From: Trueperaceae bacterium
Lineage (GTDB): Bacteria; Deinococcota; Deinococci; Deinococcales; Trueperaceae
Direction: 5' to 3'
DNA length: 64,000 nt
Assembly: GCA_034521815.1 (NCBI GenBank)
Contig: JAXHLW010000013.1
Span: 1,440,001-1,504,000 of the forward strand
Made by a program: the position numbers and the translations under genes. How positions within the stretch are numbered: the first letter of the stretch is position 1; each line of letters begins with the position of its first letter. Below, piece by piece: positions 22,922-37,864 of this stretch. The notes below the pieces were generated by a model. The model made no database searches. It saw nothing but the letters and a program-made list of their open reading frames with translations, and was not told the origin of the DNA.

Positions 22922-23800
22922 CTACCGCGACGAACCCTTGGAAGGCTCGGTCTCGACGGGCTCCTGCTCCAAGCGGTCGCGCACCAGGTCGCGGTGCTCC
23001 GGTTTCAGCGCGTACCAGAACGGAACGGCGACGAGCAGCGCGCCGCCGATCATGTTGCCCAGGCCCGCAGGCAGGAGGTTCCACGCGAGCGCCTGGCCCC
23101 AGCTGGGACCCAGGCCCAGCGGTGCCGCCAGCCCGAAGTAGCCCATGTTGGCCGGTGCATGCTGGAAGCCGGCGGTGACGAACAGCGTGACGGCCAGGAA
23201 CACGGGAACGTACTTGCCGATGATCGTGCGACCCATCGTCGCGAAGAACGCGGCCATGCCGACGAAGGTGTTCGCCAGCACGCCCGAGGCGACCGCCTGG
23301 AACCAGGCGGCGGTCGTACCGGTCTGGGCGTACGCCATCTTCTTCGCGACCACGGCGGCCAAGGCCTCGTGGACCTCGGGCCGATACGATTGCGCGAAGC
23401 CGACGAGCTGCCCGAACGCCCAAGCGCCCACCAGGTTGCCCACGCCGACCAGCACCCAGAACACCACGACCCGCCGAAGCAGCCGCCGCCGCGCGCCGCG
23501 AAGCAGGACGGCGGGCATCACCACGTTCGCCTCGGTGAACAACGCCGCCTCGGACAGCACCACGAAGAAGAATCCGGTCGAGAAGCCCAGCCCCATCAGC
23601 AGGTCGTGCGGCCCGCCGGCGTCGACGCCGGTGGTGAGCAGCACCGAGAACAGCGCGCCCGCGCCGATGAACGCACCGGCGACCAGCGCCAGCACGAACA
23701 GCTGCAGCAGCGTCAGGTGGCGGAGACGGCGATCGCCGAAGCGGGCCATCTCCTCGAGCACGTGATCGGCGGAGAGGTGCTGAGGGCGAGGGGAGTCCAT
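22922..23800 (-). CDS. formate/nitrite transporter (FNT) family
   Basis: AGAFIG, LFTEAN, GNLVG, FQHAPANM, GNMIGG. Confidence 0.9.
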   Translation of the reverse strand: MDSPRPQHLSADHVLEEMARFGDRRLRHLTLLQLFVLALVAGAFIGAGALFSVLLTTGVDAGGPHDLLMGLGFSTGFFFVVLSEAALFTEANVVMPAVLLRGARRRLLRRVVVFWVLVGVGNLVGAWAFGQLVGFAQSYRPEVHEALAAVVAKKMAYAQTGTTAAWFQAVASGVLANTFVGMAAFFATMGRTIIGKYVPVFLAVTLFVTAGFQHAPANMGYFGLAAPLGLGPSWGQALAWNLLPAGLGNMIGGALLVAVPFWYALKPEHRDLVRDRLEQEPVETEPSKGSSR

Positions 23801-23927
23801 GCCGGCAGCGTCGTCCACGAAGCCCGGGGCCGTCGGTCGGCCTCTTGACGTGGCTGCGGCCCCAGCCGTGCGCACGATGGGGGCGCATCGATGGCCGACC
23901 GACGAGCCTCACGAGCGAGGAGTCCCC

Positions 23928-24485
23928 ATGCCCTACATCCGCGTGATCGAGCCCGAGGACGCCGAAGGCGAGCTGCGCGAGGAGTACGAGCGCCTGCTGG
24001 GCAGTCGCGGCAAGCTGGCCGCGATCCACACCATCCACAGCCTCTCGCCCGCGGCGCTGCGGGCCCACATGGACCTGTACCTCACGTTGATGTTCGGCCG
24101 CTCCAAGCTGCGGCGCGACGTCCGCGAAGCGATCGCCGTCATCGTGTCGCGCGCGAACGGCTGCGCGTACTGCGACGAGCACCATGCTCAGGCCTTGCTG
24201 GCGTACTGGAAGGACGAGGCGCGCCTCGAGGCGCTGCGGCGCGACCCTCGCGAGGCCGGCCTGGACGCGCGCACCGTCGCGATCCTGGATCACGCCGCGC
24301 TGCTCACCCGCGACCCCGCCGCGGCCGGCCCGGACGACGTGGAGAGCCTGCGGGGGCACGGCGTCTCGGACGAGGAGATCCTCGACCTGACGCTGATCAC
24401 GGCGTACTTCAACTTCGTGAATCGCATCGTGATGGGCCTCGGCGTCGAGATCGACGGCGACGAGGCGAAGGGGTACCGCTACTGA
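23928..24485 (+). CDS. AhpD/CMD-family peroxidase-related protein
   Basis: REAIAVIVSRANGCAYCDEHH, AYFNFVNR; GAGGAG RBS. Confidence 0.9.
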   Translation: MPYIRVIEPEDAEGELREEYERLLGSRGKLAAIHTIHSLSPAALRAHMDLYLTLMFGRSKLRRDVREAIAVIVSRANGCAYCDEHHAQALLAYWKDEARLEALRRDPREAGLDARTVAILDHAALLTRDPAAAGPDDVESLRGHGVSDEEILDLTLITAYFNFVNRIVMGLGVEIDGDEAKGYRY

Positions 24486-24519
24486 GGCTCACGGCCCGCC
24501 ACCTGGAGCCGACGACCGC

Positions 24520-28280
<3,761 letters not shown>

Positions 28281-28511
28281 CCGTCCTCCTCGCCTGGACG
28301 TCGCTACGAGCCGGCCGTCGACCCCGATCGGGAACCTGGACGCGTCGGCGGTATGGTCCAGTCTACGAGCGGGGCCGATCGGACCGTGTTCGCACGGCGT
28401 CCAGCGCGAGCATCGTCCGTGCGTTCGCGCCCTGACGACGAACCTCGGTGCGGGACGCTGCCGCCGACGAATCGCCGATCGCCCCCACCATCGCGACCCC
28501 AAGGAGCGCTC

Positions 28512-30723
28512 ATGACCCGCGACGCCTCACGTTCCGACGAGCCCACCAGCGACGGCGCTGCGGCCCACGGCCCGAACGCCGCCCAAAGCGACCCACCCAC
28601 CGGCGACCGTTCAGAACGCGGTGACCGTCCGAAGCGCGACGGCGGGCGCGGCGACAAGCCCGGCCAGGATCGTCATCGGGGCCGCGGAGCCGAGCTCGGC
28701 CCGGTTGGCGGGCCACGACGCGGCCGCTGGTGGATCTACTTGTTGGTCGGGGCGCTGCTGTACGTCCTCCTCGATCCGTTCGGCGACCGGCGTCCGACCG
28801 TCCCGTACAGCGTGTTCGAGCAGCAGCTGCGCGCAGGGAACGTCGACGAGGTCACCTGGCAGGGACAGGAGATCAGGGGCTCGTTCAGCGAGTCCGTGAC
28901 GCTCTCGACCCAGACGGGACGACCGCTTTCCGCCGCTGGTGACGGTGGCCAGGACGCGCGGTCAGGACGGCGGTCAGGACGACCAAGCGCTGGACGGTGA
29001 AGGCACCTCGGACGACCCCGCCGGCACGACCGTCGAGCAGTTCACCACCTACGTCCCGTCCGGAGGCGACGCCGCCCTGCTCCGGATCATGCGGGAGCAG
29101 GACGTGCTGATCGACACCCGTCCCGAGGCCGACGGCGCGTGGTCCGCGTTGCTGCTGGGCGCCTTGCCGGTCGTCCTGCTGATCGTGCTGGGCCTCTGGT
29201 TCATGAGGCGCATGCAAGCGCAGGGCGGACCGGGATCCGGCCTGTTCCAGGTCGGGCAGAGCAAGGCGAAGCTGTACGAAACCGAAGACGCCGACGTCAC
29301 GTTCGACGACGTCGCCGGAACCGAGGGCGCGAAACAGGAGCTGCGCGAGACGATCTCGTTCCTGAAGGACCCGGATCGGTTCCTGGCGCTGGGCGGCCGC
29401 TCGCCGGCCGGGCTGCTGCTATTGGGGCCGCCCGGAACCGGCAAGACGCTCCTGGCGCGCGCGGTAGCGGGCGAGGCGGGCGTGCCGTTCCTCTCGACCT
29501 CCGGCTCGGACTTCATGGAGATGTTCGTCGGCGTCGGCGCGTCGCGCGTGCGCGACATGTTCGAGGACGCCAAGAAGACCGCCCCGGCGATCATCTTCAT
29601 CGACGAGCTCGACTCGATCGGCCGGCAACGAGGCGCCGGCCTGGGCGGCGGCCACGACGAGCGCGAGCAGACGCTGAACCAGCTGCTCAAGGAGATGGAC
29701 GGGTTCGAGCCGACCGAGAAGGTCATCGTGATGGCGGCGACGAACCGACCCGACGTGCTGGACCCCGCGTTGTTGCGGCCGGGCCGCTTCGATCGCCGTG
29801 TCACGGTGAACCTGCCGCGCAAGGAGGCCCGCCTCGAGATCTTGCGGATCCACGCGCGCGGCAAGCCCCTCGCCGACGACGTGGACCTCGAGTCGTTGGC
29901 GCGCAGCACGCCCGGCATGTCGGGAGCCGACCTCGAGAACCTCCTGAACGAGGCCGCGCTGCACGCCGCCCGCATGGACAAGGACGTGATCGAGGCCGAG
30001 GACATCGGCACGGCGCGTGACAAGGTGCTGCTGGGACGGGAGCGCGAAGGCGTGAACCTCAGCGAGGCCGATCGCCGGACGATCGCGTACCACGAGGCGG
30101 GCCACGCCGTGCTGGCCGCCACGCTGAAGCATGCCGATCCGCTCGAGAAGGTGTCGATCGTCCCCCGCGGGCAGTCGATGGGCGTCACGCACCAGCTGCC
30201 CGCGCGCGAGAAGTACGTGTACGAGCGCGAGTACCTCCTGGACCGGCTGGCGGTCGTGATGGGCGGTCGCGCGGCCGAGATGCTGGCCTTGGGCACGCAG
30301 ACGTCGGGCGCCGCCGGGGACTTCCAGGAGGCGACGAAGCTGGCGCGCCGGATGGTGCGCGAGTTCGGCATGAGCGAGCGGCTGGGGCCGGTGTCGTTCA
30401 AACGCCACGAGGGCCAGGTGTTCCTGGGCGAGCAGCTCGCCGCAGCGCAGCGACGCCAGCGAGCAGACCGAGCGCGAGATCGACGTGGAGGTCCATCGCA
30501 TCCTCAGCGAGGCGATGGAACGCGCGCGCGACACGCTGGAGCCGCGCCGCGAGGCGCTGGACCGGATCGCCGACGAGCTTCGCGAGGACGAGGAGCTCGA
30601 GGGCAGCCGCGTGAGCGAGATCCTGGAGGAGCTCGGCGTGGGCGTGCGGTGTGGGCGTCCGGCGCTGACGACCGCGCTGGCGAGACCGCGCGCGACGACG
30701 AGGACGCGCAGAAGAGCGACTAG
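28512..30723 (+). CDS. ftsH: ATP-dependent zinc metalloprotease FtsH (frameshifts ~28940, ~30450, ~30650)
   Basis: Two TM segments, [11 protein letters not shown] pore loop, [29 protein letters not shown]. Confidence 0.93.
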
Positions 30724-30940
30724 CGCCTGCTGCTGCCGGGCGGCCGTCAGCGACGCCGGGCGAGCGCTTCACGGGCCGGCTGCCGAGCGAGGGACGGACG
30801 GGGTTACGTCCGTCCCTTGTCCGGCCTGCCGCGGCGTGCCAGCGTGGACCATCGCATCGAGGCCACGGCGGCGAGATGGCGCCCGTCGTCGGTTCCGTGA
30901 TCGTTCACAGCGCGCCCCGTCGTGGAGGTCGGTCCGTATC

Positions 30941-31420
30941 GTGCGCACCGCGAAGACGACGCTCGCGCTCCTCGTGTTCTGGCTCGTCGTCGTGCCTCCA
31001 GAGTCGTGGATCGACGTCCTGGTCGGGGCGGTCGCGGCGGGTCTGACCGTGACCTGGTCGCAGCGGTTCTTGTGGCGCCATGCCCAGCCGTACTTCTCGA
31101 CCGTTCCCGTCGCCCGGATCCCGCGCTTCGCGGCGGTGATGGCGCTGCGCATCGTGACCGCCGCGACGCAGGTGCTCACGATCGTGCTGAATCCGCGCCT
31201 GCCGATCGCTCCCGAGCTGCTCGAGGAGACCGTCGCGTTCGAGAGCGAGGCGGCCCGCGTGACGTACGCCAACGCCATCACGGCCACGCCCGGCACGCTG
31301 ACCGTGGACGTCCGGGGGGACACCTTCGTCGTGCACTGCCTGGCGCCGGGACTGGCCGACGACGTGACGCACGGTCGCTTGGCGCGCGACGTGAAGCGGC
31401 TGTTCGGAGAGGCGTCGTGA
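30941..31420 (+). CDS. mrpE: Mrp/Mnh antiporter subunit E
   Basis: YANAITATPGTLTVD, VVHCL. Confidence 0.85.
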   Translation: MRTAKTTLALLVFWLVVVPPESWIDVLVGAVAAGLTVTWSQRFLWRHAQPYFSTVPVARIPRFAAVMALRIVTAATQVLTIVLNPRLPIAPELLEETVAFESEAARVTYANAITATPGTLTVDVRGDTFVVHCLAPGLADDVTHGRLARDVKRLFGEAS

Positions 31421-31695
31421 CCACCGCGCTGTGGGCCGCGGCGACGGCGCTGCTGGTGATGGCGTTCGCCTGTCTGTGGCGTGCCGACCGAGGCCCGACG
31501 CTGCAGGACCGGATCCTGGCGGTGAACGTGGTGGGGACGAAGACCCTGATCGTGTTGGCGCTGCTGGCCAGGATCGCGGGTCACGACTTCCTTCTGGACG
31601 TCGCGCTGGTGTACGGACTCCTCAACTTCGTGCTCACCATCGCCGCGAGCCGGTTCGTCGAGACCGGCCGCCTGCGCAGCGAGACGCCGTCGTGA
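31417..31695 (+). CDS. mrpF: Mrp antiporter subunit F
   Basis: GPTLQDRILAVN, LDVALVYGLLNF. Confidence 0.85.
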   Translation: MTTALWAAATALLVMAFACLWRADRGPTLQDRILAVNVVGTKTLIVLALLARIAGHDFLLDVALVYGLLNFVLTIAASRFVETGRLRSETPS

Positions 31696-32047
31696 CGTTT
31701 GCGCTGGACCTGCTCAGCGTGGCCGCGCTGGCGACCGGGGTGACGTTCCTGGCGGGCGGCACCGTCGGACTGGTTCGGCTGCCCGACCTGTTCGCGCGCG
31801 CGCACGCGACCAGCAAGTGCGACACCATCGGCGCGGGCTCGATCCTGTTCGCCCTGGCGCTCCAGAACGGCGCGGGGGCGGGCGACCTCAAGCTGGCGCT
31901 GCTGGCGCTGCTGGTTCTCGTCTCGGGACCGACCACGGCGCACGCGTTGGCGCGCGCCGCCTATCGCACCGGCCGGGTTCCGTGGCGACGGAGCGACACG
32001 GGATCCGCCCCGAGCCCGGTTTCGCGGATCCGAGGAGCACGCCGTGA
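31692..32047 (+). CDS. mrpG: Mrp antiporter subunit G (1-nt indel near the 3' end)
   Basis: GLVRLPDLFARAHATSKCDTIG, PTTAHALARAA. Confidence 0.85.
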
Positions 32048-32289
32048 GCGCGCTGTTCGACGCGGTCCTGCTGGCGCTGCTGATCACGACGGCGGTCACG
32101 ATCGCGCGGGCGCGCGACCTGGCGACGGCCGTGGTGGTGTTCGGGCTGTACGGGCTGCTGCTCTGCCTGCTCTGGCAGCACCGGGGAGCGCCCGACGTGG
32201 CGATCACCGAGGCCGCGATCGGCTCGGGCGTCACGACCGTGTTGTTCCTCGTCGCCGTGACCCGTACGGCGCGGACGGAACGGCGATGA
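32044..32289 (+). CDS. Mrp B'-type small subunit (DUF4040/MbhD-like)
   Basis: GAPDVAITEAAIGSG. Confidence 0.85.
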   Translation: MSALFDAVLLALLITTAVTIARARDLATAVVVFGLYGLLLCLLWQHRGAPDVAITEAAIGSGVTTVLFLVAVTRTARTERR

Positions 32290-33033
32290 GGTCCGTCTCG
32301 TTCCGGTCGTTCGCGCTGATCGTCGTCGTCGTCCTCATCAGCGTGCCGCTGGTCGTCACCGTCGCCTCCCTGCCCGCGCACGGCACGTCCGACGCGCCCG
32401 CCCACGAAGCGGTGGCCAGTCGCTACGTCGAGCACGGCGCCGAGGAGACCGGCATGACCAACCTCGTGACCGCCGTGCTCCTGGACTACCGCGGGTTCGA
32501 CACGTTCGTCGAGGTCGTCGTGATGTTCGCGGCGTTGATGGCGATGCTGGCGCTGCCGCGGGGCGACCTGGACCAGGACGGCACGCCGGAGACGGGCGGG
32601 GACGCGCTGACGGCAGAGGGCTCAGGGGTGGAGGTCAGCCCGGTCGTGTTCTACGTCGTGCGCACCTTGGCGCCGTTCATCGCCCTGTTCGCCATCGCCA
32701 TGCTGTACCGCGGGCACGTGTCGCCGGGCGGCGGCTTCCAGAGCGCCGCGGTGCTGGCTGCGCTGTTCGTCGTCCTGACGCTGGTCCTGGGACGCGCCCG
32801 GACCGAGCGGCTGCTCGGGGCTCGCGCGCAGCCGTGGCTGGAGGGCGCCGCGCCGCTGGCGTTCGCGCTGGTGGGCGGGGCGGGCATGCTGCTGGGCGGC
32901 GCGTTCCTGAGCCGCCCGGGACACGGTGGACGTTCACCTGGTGCAGGAGACGATGGGGTTCGCGCTGGAGGTCGGCATCGCGGTCGGCGGCGCGGTGATC
33001 CTGGCCCGCCTGTTCCTGACGGTGGAGCGCTGA
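32286..33033 (+). CDS. mrpB: Mrp antiporter subunit B (frameshift ~32920)
   Basis: NLVTAVLLDYRGFDTFVE, GHVSPGGGFQ. Confidence 0.85.
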
Positions 33034-33034
33034 C

Positions 33035-33385
33035 GTGCTGCTCTTCGGCGTCGACCTGGACTACCTGGCGTTCGGCGTGCTGTTCTCCGTCGGGCTGTAC
33101 ATGATCATCGCGAAGAGCAACCTGATCAAGAAGGTGCTGGGCCTGAACGTGATGCAGACCGCGGTGTTCGCCCTGCTGGTGACGTCCGGCATGATCGACG
33201 GCGCCGACCCGCCGATCCGGACGGCGGCGACCAGCGCGCCGTTCGCGAATCCGCTGCCGCAGGCGATGGTGCTGACGGGGATCGTCGTGGCGGTCGCCCT
33301 CACGGCGGTGGCGCTGGCGCTGATCGTGCAGATCCACGCCGATTACGGCACGATCGAGGTGGACGAGCTCAAGGAAGCACCGTGA
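33035..33385 (+). CDS. mrpC: Mrp antiporter subunit C
   Basis: NLIKKVLGL, NPLPQAMVLTGIVV. Confidence 0.92.
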   Translation: MLLFGVDLDYLAFGVLFSVGLYMIIAKSNLIKKVLGLNVMQTAVFALLVTSGMIDGADPPIRTAATSAPFANPLPQAMVLTGIVVAVALTAVALALIVQIHADYGTIEVDELKEAP

Positions 33386-34869
33386 CCTGGGGCGACGCGC
33401 TTCCCTGGCTGGTGGCGCTGCCGTGGACCGGCGCCGTGGCGACCCTGGCGCTCGGAGCGCGAGGCCCTCGGGTGGCGGGAGGCCTGGCGTGGATCGTCCT
33501 GATCGCGACGACCGCGCTGGCGGTGGGCCCGGTCCTGGAGGTCGCGCGCCACGGCCCGTTCTCGTACGCGCTTGGCGGCTGGCCGGCGCCGTACGGCGTG
33601 GAGCTCCGTTTCGACCATTTCAGTGCCTGGGTGCTGCCGCTGGCGCTGCTGTTCGTGTTGATCGTCCCGTTCTCGTGGCGTTACCTCGAGGGGACGATTC
33701 CGCACGAGCGCCAGGCGCCGTTCTACGCCTTGCTGCTGCTGAACGCCGGCGCGATGATCGGGTTCACGATCAGCGCGGACCTGTTCAACCTGTTCGTGTT
33801 CATGGAGGTCGTGTCGCTCTCCAGCTACGCCCTGGTCGCCATCGCCGGGCGCGGCCTGGCCGCCTGGGCGGCGCTGAAGTACCTGCTGATCGGCGCGGTG
33901 GCGTCGATGCTGATGCTGCTGGGCGTGACGTTCGTGTTCGTGCTGACCGGCAGCGTGAATCTGGCGGACGTGACCGCGCGTCTCGCGGCGGGCGTGGATC
34001 CGGTGCCGGCCGCGACCGCGATCGCCCTGCTGGCCACCTCGTTCCTGGTCAAGGCGGCGCTGTTCCCGCTGCACGTCTGGCTGCCCGACGCGCACGCCAT
34101 CGCGCCCAGCCCGGTGAGCGCGGTGCTGTCGGGCATGGTCGTCAAGATCGGCATCGTCGGGCTGATCCGGCTGTACCAGCTGGCGTACGGCTCGGCGGCG
34201 TTCGAGATGGCCGGCGTCAACATGCTGCTGGTCTGGGTGGGCGCGATCGCGATCGTGATGGGCGCGTTCCTGGCCATGGTGCAGAACGACATCAAGCTGA
34301 TGCTGGCGTACTCGACGATCTCGAACGTGGGCTACATCGTGATGGGGCTCGCCCTGGCGTCGCCGTACGCCGCGATCGGCGGGGTGGCGCACGTGTTCAA
34401 CCACGCGCTGATCAAGGTGACGCTGTTCCTGGCCGCTGGAGCGTTGATCCACGCCACCGGCTTCCGGACCCTGACCGATCTGAGCGGCGTGGCCAGGGCG
34501 ATGCCGTACACCGCCGCGACGATGGCGATCGGCGCGATCTCGATCGTCGGGCTGCCCCCGACGGCGGGGTTCGTGTGCAAGTGGTACATCGCCCTGGGCG
34601 CGTTCCAGGCCCGCCAGGCCGGCTTCGGCTTCGCGCTGGTGTTCGGGGCGCTGCTGATCTTCGTGTACTACGTGCGGATGCTGAACGCGCTGTACTTCAA
34701 GCCGGCGCTGCACGACGCCGTCCGAAACGCCACGGAGGTGCCGTGGTCGATGCGGGCGCCGATGCTCCTCGCGGCGCTGGCGTGCCTGGTGATGGGCGTG
34801 CTGGGCGGCGTGCCGCTGTCGTTCGTCGAGCCGGCCGTGCTGGACATGCTGCCCGCGTGGGGACCGTGA
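33382..34869 (+). CDS. mrpD: Mrp antiporter subunit D (copy 1)
   Basis: DLFNLFVFME, KAALFPLHVWLPDAH, SGMVVKIG, LAYSTISNVG, GFVCKW. Confidence 0.92.
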   Translation: MTWGDALPWLVALPWTGAVATLALGARGPRVAGGLAWIVLIATTALAVGPVLEVARHGPFSYALGGWPAPYGVELRFDHFSAWVLPLALLFVLIVPFSWRYLEGTIPHERQAPFYALLLLNAGAMIGFTISADLFNLFVFMEVVSLSSYALVAIAGRGLAAWAALKYLLIGAVASMLMLLGVTFVFVLTGSVNLADVTARLAAGVDPVPAATAIALLATSFLVKAALFPLHVWLPDAHAIAPSPVSAVLSGMVVKIGIVGLIRLYQLAYGSAAFEMAGVNMLLVWVGAIAIVMGAFLAMVQNDIKLMLAYSTISNVGYIVMGLALASPYAAIGGVAHVFNHALIKVTLFLAAGALIHATGFRTLTDLSGVARAMPYTAATMAIGAISIVGLPPTAGFVCKWYIALGAFQARQAGFGFALVFGALLIFVYYVRMLNALYFKPALHDAVRNATEVPWSMRAPMLLAALACLVMGVLGGVPLSFVEPAVLDMLPAWGP

Positions 34870-34870
34870 C

Positions 34871-36362
34871 GTGGACGTCGTCGACCCTCGCCCGATCCTG
34901 GCTCCGCTGGTGTCGTTCGTGTGCGCGGCCCTGGTGTTCGGTGCGGGTCGTCGCGCCTTCTGGCGGCGCTTCTGGAGCTTCGCGGCTGCGGCGATCAAGC
35001 TGGGCCTGGTGGCGTCGATGCTGCCCGGCACGCTACGCGGCACGGTGTACGTCTACGAGCTGGTCGAGTTCACGCCCGGCATCGGCATCGCCTTCCGCGC
35101 GGACGCGTTCGGGATGTTCTTCGCGCTGGTCTCCTCCACCCTCTGGGTGCTGACGACGGTCTACGCGATCGGGTACATGCGGGGCGACCGCGACCTGGTC
35201 CGCTTCTTCGGGTTCTTCGCGCTGTGCGTCTCGACCACGGTCGGCGTGGCGTTCGCCGAGAACCTGCTCACCTTCTTCCTGTTCTACGAGGCGCTCACGA
35301 TCTGCACCTACCCGCTGGTGGTCCATGCCGAGACGCCCGAGGCGCTCCGGGCGGGCCGGATCTACCTGACCTACACGCTCATCGGCGGCGGCCTGGCGTT
35401 GATCGGCTCGGTCATGACGCTGAACGCGGCGGGGACGCTGACGCTCGCCGGAGACGGGAATCCTGTCACGCGAGGTGGGCGACGGCACGCTGGCCGCGAT
35501 CTTCGTGGCGCTGGTGGCCGGGTTCGGGGTCAAGGCGGCGATCATGCCGCTGCACGGCTGGCTGCCCATCGCGATGGTCGCGCCCACCCCGGTCAGCGCG
35601 CTGCTGCACGCCGTTGCGGTGGTGAAGGTGGGTGCGTTCGGCGTGACGCGCGTGATCCACAACGTGTTCGGCGTCGAGCTGCTGAGCGAGCTCGGCTACG
35701 CCCGGCCGCTGGCGTGGCTGGCCGGGTTCACGATCGTGGCCGCCTCGCTGATCGCGTTGCGGCAGGACCACCTGAAGCGACGGCTGGCGTACTCGACGAT
35801 CAGCCAGCTCTCCTACATCGTGCTGGGCGCCGCGCTGTTGACGCCGCTCGCGGCGACCGCGGCGGTGGTGCACATCGCCCACCAGGCGTTCGCGAAGATC
35901 ACCATGTTCTTCGTCGTCGGCGCGATCCAGCGTCGCAGCGGCGCGACGCACGTGAGTCAGCTGTCGGGCGTGGGGACGGTGATGCCGTGGAGCATGGCGG
36001 CGTTCACCGTCGCCTCGCTGTCGTTCATCGGCGTACCGCTGTTCGCGGGATTCATCACGAAGTGGTACCTGTCTCTGGGGGCGCTGGACGCCGGGGCGTG
36101 GTGGGCGTTGGCCGTGATGATCGTCAGCTCGCTGCTGAACGCGGCGTACTGGTTCCCGATCGTGCACCGGGCGTACTTCCGTCCCCCTGACGAGCGGTTC
36201 GAGGGCGTGACCGAGGCGCCGCCGATCCTTCTCGTCCCGATCGTGATCTGCGCGGCGTACGTGATCCTGCTGGGCCTGTCGGGCGAGGTCCCCGGCCTGC
36301 CGTTCTCGGTCGCGCGGGTCGCGGTCGAGCACGCCTTCGGCCTGCCGCCGGTGACGCCGTGA
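34871..36362 (+). CDS. MrpD/MrpA-like subunit (copy 2; frameshift ~35460)
   Basis: FLFYE, KAAIMPLHGWLPIAMVAPTPVSALLHAVAVVK, LAYSTISQL, GFITKW. Confidence 0.88.
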
Positions 36363-37864
36363 CGCCGGCCACCCCGTCGTTCTGGCCGCTGGTCGCGGTC
36401 GTCGCACCGCTGGCGGGCGCGGTGGTCGCCGCCTTCGGGCCGCGGATCGCTGCACGCCTGCGCGACGCGGGGCTGCTGGCGGTCGCCACCGCGACCACGG
36501 CGGTGGCCGCCGTTCTGATGCGCGGGACCGCGCAGGGAACGAGCTACGACATCCTCGTCCTGCAGATGACCACGCGGGCCTGGTTGCAGCTCCGGGTCGA
36601 TCCGGCCGGCGCCGCGTACGGCCTGACGGTCTCGGCGTTATGGGTGCTGGCGCTGGTGTACGCGCTGGGCTACCTGCGCGACGACCCGCGTCTGGCCCGC
36701 TACCTGGCGTTCGTGATGATCTGCCTGTCGTGCACGCTGGGGGTGGCGTACGCCGGCGATCTGCTGACGCTGCTGATCTTCTTCGAGCTGCTCTCGGTGC
36801 TGAGCTACGTGCTGATCGTGCACGAGCAGACGCCGGCCGCCCTGGCCGCGGGTACGAAGTACATCGTGTACGTGCTGATCGGCGGCAGCCTGATCCTGGG
36901 CGGCGTGCTGCTGACGTTCTACCTCGCAGCTACCTCGGTGTTCGCCCCCGGCGGCTTCCTGCACGCCGGGATGCCGCGCGCCTACCTCGTGGCCACGTTC
37001 GCCGCGTTCGTCGCCGGCTTCGGCGTCAAGGCCGCGCTGGTGCCGTTGCACGGCTGGGTGCCCGACGCCCACCCCGCCGCGCCGCCGCCGTTCTCGGCCC
37101 TGCTGTCGGGCGTGCTGGTCGCCTCGGGCGGGTTCGGGCTGCTGCGCGTCCTGTTCGGCGTGTTCGGGCCGGAGCTCCTGGGCACGCTGGGCGTGCTGCC
37201 CTGGCTGGCGGCCGCGTCCGGCGTCACGATCGTGGTGGGCGGGGTCCTGGCGATCCGCCAGCCGGACCTGAAGCGCCGGCTGGCGTACTCGACGATCAGT
37301 CAGATGGGGTACCTGGCGCTGGCCCTGGCGCTGGCCACGCCGGCGACGGTGGCGGCGGGGCTGGTGCATCTCACGCACCACGCGTTCCTGAAGGCGACGC
37401 TGTTCTTCTGCGCCGGCGTCTGGATCCACCTGCTGGGCGCGCGCACGCTGAGCGAGCTGCGCGGAGCCGCCGCGCGCACGCCGCTGGTGGCGGCCGCGTT
37501 CACGCTGGCGGCGCTGGGCATGATGGGCACGCCGCCCCTGTCGGGGTTCGTCAGCAAGTGGTGGCTGGGCATCGCGGTCCTGGACGCGGACGCGCCGTGG
37601 GCGCTGGCGGTGGTGCTGGTGGGCGCGCTGCTGGCCGCCGGCTACCTGCTGCCGGTGGTGTACGCGCTGTACCTGGGCACCAGCGCGGACGAGACGCTCA
37701 CGGTGCGGCCCACGGCGACCCGGCGGCGGGTGCCGGCGCGCCTGTTGGTCCCCACGGTGATCGCCGCGGCCCTGACCCTCGTGTTCGGCCTGGCGTCGGG
37801 GGCCAGCGGGTTCCCCCTGGCGCTGGCGCGACGCGCGGCGACCGTCCTGTTCGGGGGTGGCTGA
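36359..37864 (+). CDS. MrpD-like subunit (copy 3)
   Basis: LIFFE, KAALVPLHGWVPDAH, LAYSTISQMG, GFVSKW. Confidence 0.88.
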   Translation: MTPATPSFWPLVAVVAPLAGAVVAAFGPRIAARLRDAGLLAVATATTAVAAVLMRGTAQGTSYDILVLQMTTRAWLQLRVDPAGAAYGLTVSALWVLALVYALGYLRDDPRLARYLAFVMICLSCTLGVAYAGDLLTLLIFFELLSVLSYVLIVHEQTPAALAAGTKYIVYVLIGGSLILGGVLLTFYLAATSVFAPGGFLHAGMPRAYLVATFAAFVAGFGVKAALVPLHGWVPDAHPAAPPPFSALLSGVLVASGGFGLLRVLFGVFGPELLGTLGVLPWLAAASGVTIVVGGVLAIRQPDLKRRLAYSTISQMGYLALALALATPATVAAGLVHLTHHAFLKATLFFCAGVWIHLLGARTLSELRGAAARTPLVAAAFTLAALGMMGTPPLSGFVSKWWLGIAVLDADAPWALAVVLVGALLAAGYLLPVVYALYLGTSADETLTVRPTATRRRVPARLLVPTVIAAALTLVFGLASGASGFPLALARRAATVLFGGG

